Shown here: piece after piece, positions 58,901 to 64,000 of the stretch
How positions within the stretch are numbered: position 1 is the stretch's first letter
How the letters are laid out: each line of letters opens with the position of its first letter
Origin: Squalus acanthias
Lineage: Eukaryota
NCBI GenBank assembly: GCA_030390025.1
Contig: CM059432.1
Span: 18,292,001 to 18,356,000 of the forward strand
Length of the DNA stretch: 64,000 nt
Direction of reading: 5' to 3'
Notes under the pieces: generated by a model
What the model was told of the DNA's origin: nothing
What the model saw: only the letters and a program-made list of their open reading frames with translations
The model's database searches: none
Position numbers and translations under genes: made by a program

Positions 58901-60060
58901 CACAGCCTTCGGAACTCCTGGTCGTGGCTGCAAAGAACAGTATTTATTTCCCGGACTATACTGTCCCCTACCACAACTACATTCCTTTTCACTACTCCCA
59001 CTTGAATGGCCTCCTGCACCATGGTGCCATGGTCAGTTTGCTCATCCACCCTGCAGTCCTTGTTCTCATCCACACAGGTAGCAAGTACCTCATACCTGTT
59101 GGTCAAAGACAAGGGCAGAGGCTCCTCCAGCACTACATCCTGGATCCCCATACCTTCCTGACTCTCAGTCACACCCTCCTGTCCCTGACCATTGACGAAC
59201 TCTAAAGTACTACTTAACCTAAAGGGTGTGACTACCTCCTGGATCCCTGATGCCCCGCAATGTCTGCACCTCATACTCCAGCTCAACAACTCTGAGCCAA
59301 AGTTCCTCGAGCTGCAGTCACTTACCGCATTTGCGGTTGCTCGGGATCTCGCTGGTCTCCCCAAACTCCCACATGCTGCAGTTACGGCAAACCGCCTGCC
59401 CTGCCATCTCTATCTAACCTTCTTTATTTATTTGATTAGTTCATTATTTCAAAAAAAAAATTTTTAATCAATTATTTTAGTTTTATTACTTAATTGGCTT
59501 ATCTAGTTTTAGTTACTAATTTAATAAAGTAAAGTTACAGCAGTTTACAGTTTCTTAGCTAGCTTAGAGACTAAATAAACTGTAACACTCACCAACCAAT
59601 CACCTACCTGCTGCCCTCTGATGTCACTCCTTGATTTTTCTGTTTTAAGGCTCTTTATAGCGCCACTGATCACGCTCCTCTCGCTGCTCCTCTCGTCGCT
59701 GCTCTCGCGCTCTTTATAGCGCCACTGATCACGCTCCTCTCGCTGCTCCTCTCGTCGCTGCTCTCGCGCTCTTTATAGCGCCACTGATCACGCTCCTCTC
59801 ACTATTCCTCTCGTCGCTGCTCTCGCGCTCTTTATAGCGCCACTGATCACGCTCCTCTCACTATTCCTCTCGTCGCTGCTCTCGCGCTCTTTATAGCGCC
59901 ACTGATCACGCTCCTCTCACTATTCCTCTCGTCGCTGCTCTCGCGCTCTTTATAGCGCCACTGATCACGCTCCTCTCACTATTCCTCTCGTCGCTGCTCT
60001 CGCGCTCTTTATAGCGCCACTGATCCCGCTCCTCTCGCTGCTCCTCTCGCCGCTGCTCTC
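55980..60060 (-). mobile_element. 5'-complete CR1 LINE, decayed, RT core deleted
   Basis: Monomer array, ORF1 58507-59364, EN 57800-58489 and 57489-57827, ORF 56651-57277 joined directly to the post-RT region, tail at 55980. Confidence 0.88.
59650..60060 (-). repeat. 59-bp monomer array (7 units), CR1 5' UTR
   Basis: CTCTTTATAG recurs at 59651, 59710, 59769, 59828, 59887, 59946, 60005. Confidence 0.95.
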
Positions 60061-60287
60061 AGTGTGAGTGAATGTTCTGTTGAGGTATATGCTCTGCAAT
60101 AGCAATCGAGCTGGAAAGGGTTGAGATTTGGGAAGGAATTTAAAAAAACACAAAACAAAAAAAAATCCCAATGAATTAATTATTGGAGTCACTTGATTAG
60201 TGGAGCCAGTTGATGCTTTAGAACTGTGAAGATAGAAAGACATGAGTTTTGTTCTGCAGTTTTTTTTCGTGTTGAAAAGTACAGCAG

Positions 60288-60755
60288 AACATAAGAACAT
60301 AAGAAACAGGAGCAGGAGTAGGCCATTCGGCCCTTCGAGTCTGCTCTGCCATTTAATAAGATCATGGCTGATCTTTTACCTCAACTCCACCTTCCCGCGC
60401 TATCCCCATATCCCTTGGTATCCAAAAATCTATCGATCGCTGTCATGAATATATTATGACTGAGCATCCACAGCTCTCTGGGCTAGAGAATTCCAAAGAT
60501 TCATAACCTTTGAGTGAAGAAATTTTTCCTCATCTCAGTCCTAAATGGCCGACCCCTTATTCTGAGACTGTGAACTCTAGTTCTAGACTCCCCCGCCAGA
60601 GGAAACATCCTCGCAGCATCCACCCTGCCAAGCCCTTTATGGATTTTATATATTTCAATGAGATCATCTTTCAGTCTTCTAAACTCTAGGGAATATAGGC
60701 CTAGTCTAATAAATCTCTCCTCATGGGACGATCTCCTCATCCCAGGAATCAGTCT
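60288..60755 (-). mobile_element. CR1 3' fragment
   Basis: ORF 60501-60740 and (ACATAAGA)n tail. Confidence 0.85.
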
Positions 60756-60852
60756 TAGGCTGAGACAGGGGATCCCCCAATGAATTGGTTTTCAGGAGAT
60801 CTAAAAAAACGATCTTTGAAAGATTTGCATCTATATACAACAACAACTTGCA

Positions 60853-62287
60853 TCATAGAATCATAGAATCATAGAAAGTTACAGCACGGAAGGAGGCCAT
60901 TTTGGCCCATTGTGTCCCCGTCGGCCAACAAAGAGCTATCCAGCCTAATCCTACTTCCCAGTGCTTGGTCCGTAGCCCTGCAGGTTAGAGCATTCCAAGT
61001 GCACATCCAAGTACTTTTTAAATGAGGTTAGGGTTTCTGCCTCTACCACCCTTTCAGGCAGTGAGTTCCAGACCCCTACAACCCTCTGGATTAAGAAATT
61101 TCCCCTCAAATCCCCTCTAAACCGTCCACCAATTACTTTAAATCTGTGCCCCCTGGTTTTTGACCCCTCTGCTAAGGGAAATAGGTCATTTCTATCCACT
61201 TTATCTAGGCCCCTCATAATTTTATACACCTCAATAAGGTCTCCCCTCAGCCTCCTCTGTTCCAAGGAAAACAGACCCAGCCTATCCAGTCTTTCCTCAT
61301 AGGTAAGATTCTCTACTCCCGGCAACATCCTTGTAAATCTCCTCTGTACCCTCTCTAGTGCAATCACATCTTTCCTGTAATGTGGTGACCAGAACTGCAC
61401 GCAGTACTCTAGCTGAGGCCTAACTAATGTTTTATACAGTTGAAGCATAACCCCCCTGCTCTTGTATTCTATGCCACAGCTAATAAAGGCAAGCATTCCG
61501 TATGCCTTCTTAACCACCTTATCTACCTGGCCTGCTACCTTCAGGGATCTGTGGACATGCACTCCAAGGTCCCTTTGTTCCTCTACACTACTCAGTGTCC
61601 TACCATTTAATGTGTATTCCCTTTCCTTTTTAGCCCTCCCCAAATGCATTACCTCACACTTCTCCGGATTGAATTCCATTTGCCACTGTTCTGCCCACCT
61701 GACCAATTTATTGATATCTTCCTGCAGTCTACAGCTTCCTTCTTCAGTATCAACCACACAGCCGATTTTAGTATCATCTGCAAACTTCTTAATCATACCC
61801 CCTATATCAAGTCAAGATCATTTATATATACCACAAAAAGCAAGGGACCTAGTAATGAGCCCTGCGGAACCCCACTGGAAACAGCCTTCCAGTCACAAAA
61901 ACACCCATCAACCGTTACCCTCTGCTTCTTGCCACTGAGCCAGTTTTGAATCCAACTTGACACTTTGCCCTGGATCCCATGGGCTTTTAACTTCGTGACC
62001 AGTCTGCCATGTGGAACCTTATCAAAGGCCTTGCTAAAGTCCATGTACACTACATCAAACGCACTACCCTCATCTACCCTCCTTGCTACCTCCTCAAAAA
62101 ATTCAATTAAGTTTGTCAGACACGACCTTCCCTTAACAAATTCATGCTGACTATCCTTGATTAATCCGTGTCTTTCTAAATGAAGATTTATCCTGTCCTT
62201 CAGAATTCTTTCCAATAATTTTCCCACCACCGAGGTTAGGCTGACTGGCCTATAATTACTCGGTCTATCCTTTTCTCCCTTTTTAAC
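60853..62287 (-). mobile_element. 5'-truncated CR1 (RT and tail (ATCATAGA)n)
   Basis: ORFs 61802-62350 and 60951-61796 with RT motifs. Confidence 0.88.
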
Positions 62288-64000
62288 ATAGAGAAATGTC
62301 TCAAGGCGTTTCACAGAGGTGTAATCAGGTAAAAATGGGCACCAAACCAAAAGGGCAACATTATGATGGATGAGGTTGGCTTTGAAAGGACAGCGGGCTC
62401 AAGGGTACATATTTTGAGGAGGGGGAGATGGTGGCAGTTTTGAAAGGGTGGGACACGGTACCTGAGGAGAGCAAACCGTGTAGAATGTCAGCTAGCATGG
62501 AGGCCAGAAGGGAAGTTGGGTGGTCAGCAATTTAGTGTGAATGGGGTCAAGGGAGAAGGAAGTGGGGTAATGGACAAAATGAGCTCAGAGGGGGTTTGAG
62601 GAGAGATGGGAGAGAAACTAGAGAGATGCTACCTAACCTGCTGTGTGTTTTCCAGCATTTTCTGTTTTTATTGGCGAGATGACGGTTCAGGGTTGGGGTG
62701 GGGGGTTGAGGGGTGCAGTGGTGGGTGGTGGGGATGGGTCTGGGGGGTAGTTTAGTTTTGTGGATAAGGGGTAAGGACAAATGTCTACGCTTAAATGAGT
62801 GGGGTAGATTTCATAATAGTGTAGATTGTACATGGCCCAAAGTCTTTGGAAGGTTTGGGCTTGATGGGCCAAATGGCCTTTACTCGTTTCAGACTTTCTT
62901 CTGATTTTGATTCACTCCCTGATTCTGTACATGTTGCGCTCACAGTTGGGCTGTGTGAGTTAGCCAGGAGTGGAACTGACGGACTTCTCTACCTGAAGGC
63001 AGGAAAGAATCACAGGGCAAATCTTTCCACTCTGGTCTTTCACACTTTCCAGAGGACACTAGGAAAGCACTGTGCACAGTTACCAGAGAGCAGGTCGCTG
63101 CATTGCAGCTCAGTCAGGCTATATAGTGGTACATGAGAGAGACAGAAAAGAAAAGTATCCCAAGTGAGTGGGCAAAAATTTGGAGACCTGTGTTGCTGAC
63201 GTGAATGAGAAGGGGGGCTTTGAGTTTTAGCCTTCAGTAAATTGTTCTTTGTAAAACAAAAATGATGTTGTTTTGAACTTGGATTTGTGCCTGAATCACT
63301 CTACACAGAAGCCTATTCATTAAACGTTCTCCTTTCAACTCTGTCTCGCACAAAACAATTTATTTTCTCTTAAATTGTGATTTCAGGATCCTTGCCAGAA
63401 AATTAGTTGGAACCCTGAAGGATATTTCTTGCAAACTAAATTTGGTTACGACCAGAGTTCATGAGGTTGCTGCGCTCATGTCATTGCGGAGAAGAGCACA
63501 AGCTCTTTAATATTATATACCACACCTACAGAAACAAATCAGCTGCTATTGGAAAATGCGTGAAATTGCTAGAGTGGGGCATTCTGTTTATTTTGCGTTG
63601 AGACAAAATTGGTTCAGGAAAATTGTTGCACCATATGCACTAAAAAAAATTCAGTGCATACTAATAGTACCTTCCACAAGCAATCTATTCTCCAGATGGG
63701 AGGGTGGAGCTAAGACTGCCCTTTATATTTCATATTAGTCATAGAACCTCTGACGTAAACCATCTGTGGCGACCTTAAGTGTAGTCAATTGTAAAATGCA
63801 TCAACGTGAAAACATGGTCCTTGAAATTGTGCTATGGGAATATTGAAGTACGACAGATTGTTTAAAATAAATGCATTAACACCTCCCTTGCTAGAGTGGA
63901 CAAAAAAAATTCCACAGCGTAGAATTTCTGTGGGGATTCCTGGCTCTCCTGCTGTGATTCCAATGGAAACCCCAGAGAAAAGACTGTTCCCTCTATTCTC

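Overview
Repeat-saturated vertebrate DNA, most likely from a cartilaginous fish (shark). This is inferred from the dense CR1 LINEs, DeuSINE-type SINEs and an HE1-like V-SINE. No host gene can be called with confidence. The window holds many nested CR1 LINE copies (one full-length with both ORFs intact at 39935-44688), a second CR1/L2-group LINE lineage, L2 remnants, SINEs, a 1.69-kb solo LTR, and several generations of PIF/Harbinger DNA transposons and their MITEs. The centrepiece is a ~9.7-kb palindrome (24572-34240) of two near-identical autonomous Harbinger copies in inverted orientation. Each encodes a 386-aa DDE transposase and a spliced Myb/SANT partner. Their 3-bp target duplications are swapped, and the 932-bp spacer between them is flipped relative to the old CR1 reading frame it interrupts. 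This is the structure expected from an intramolecular replicative-type (inverting) transposition, or from recombination between the two arms.
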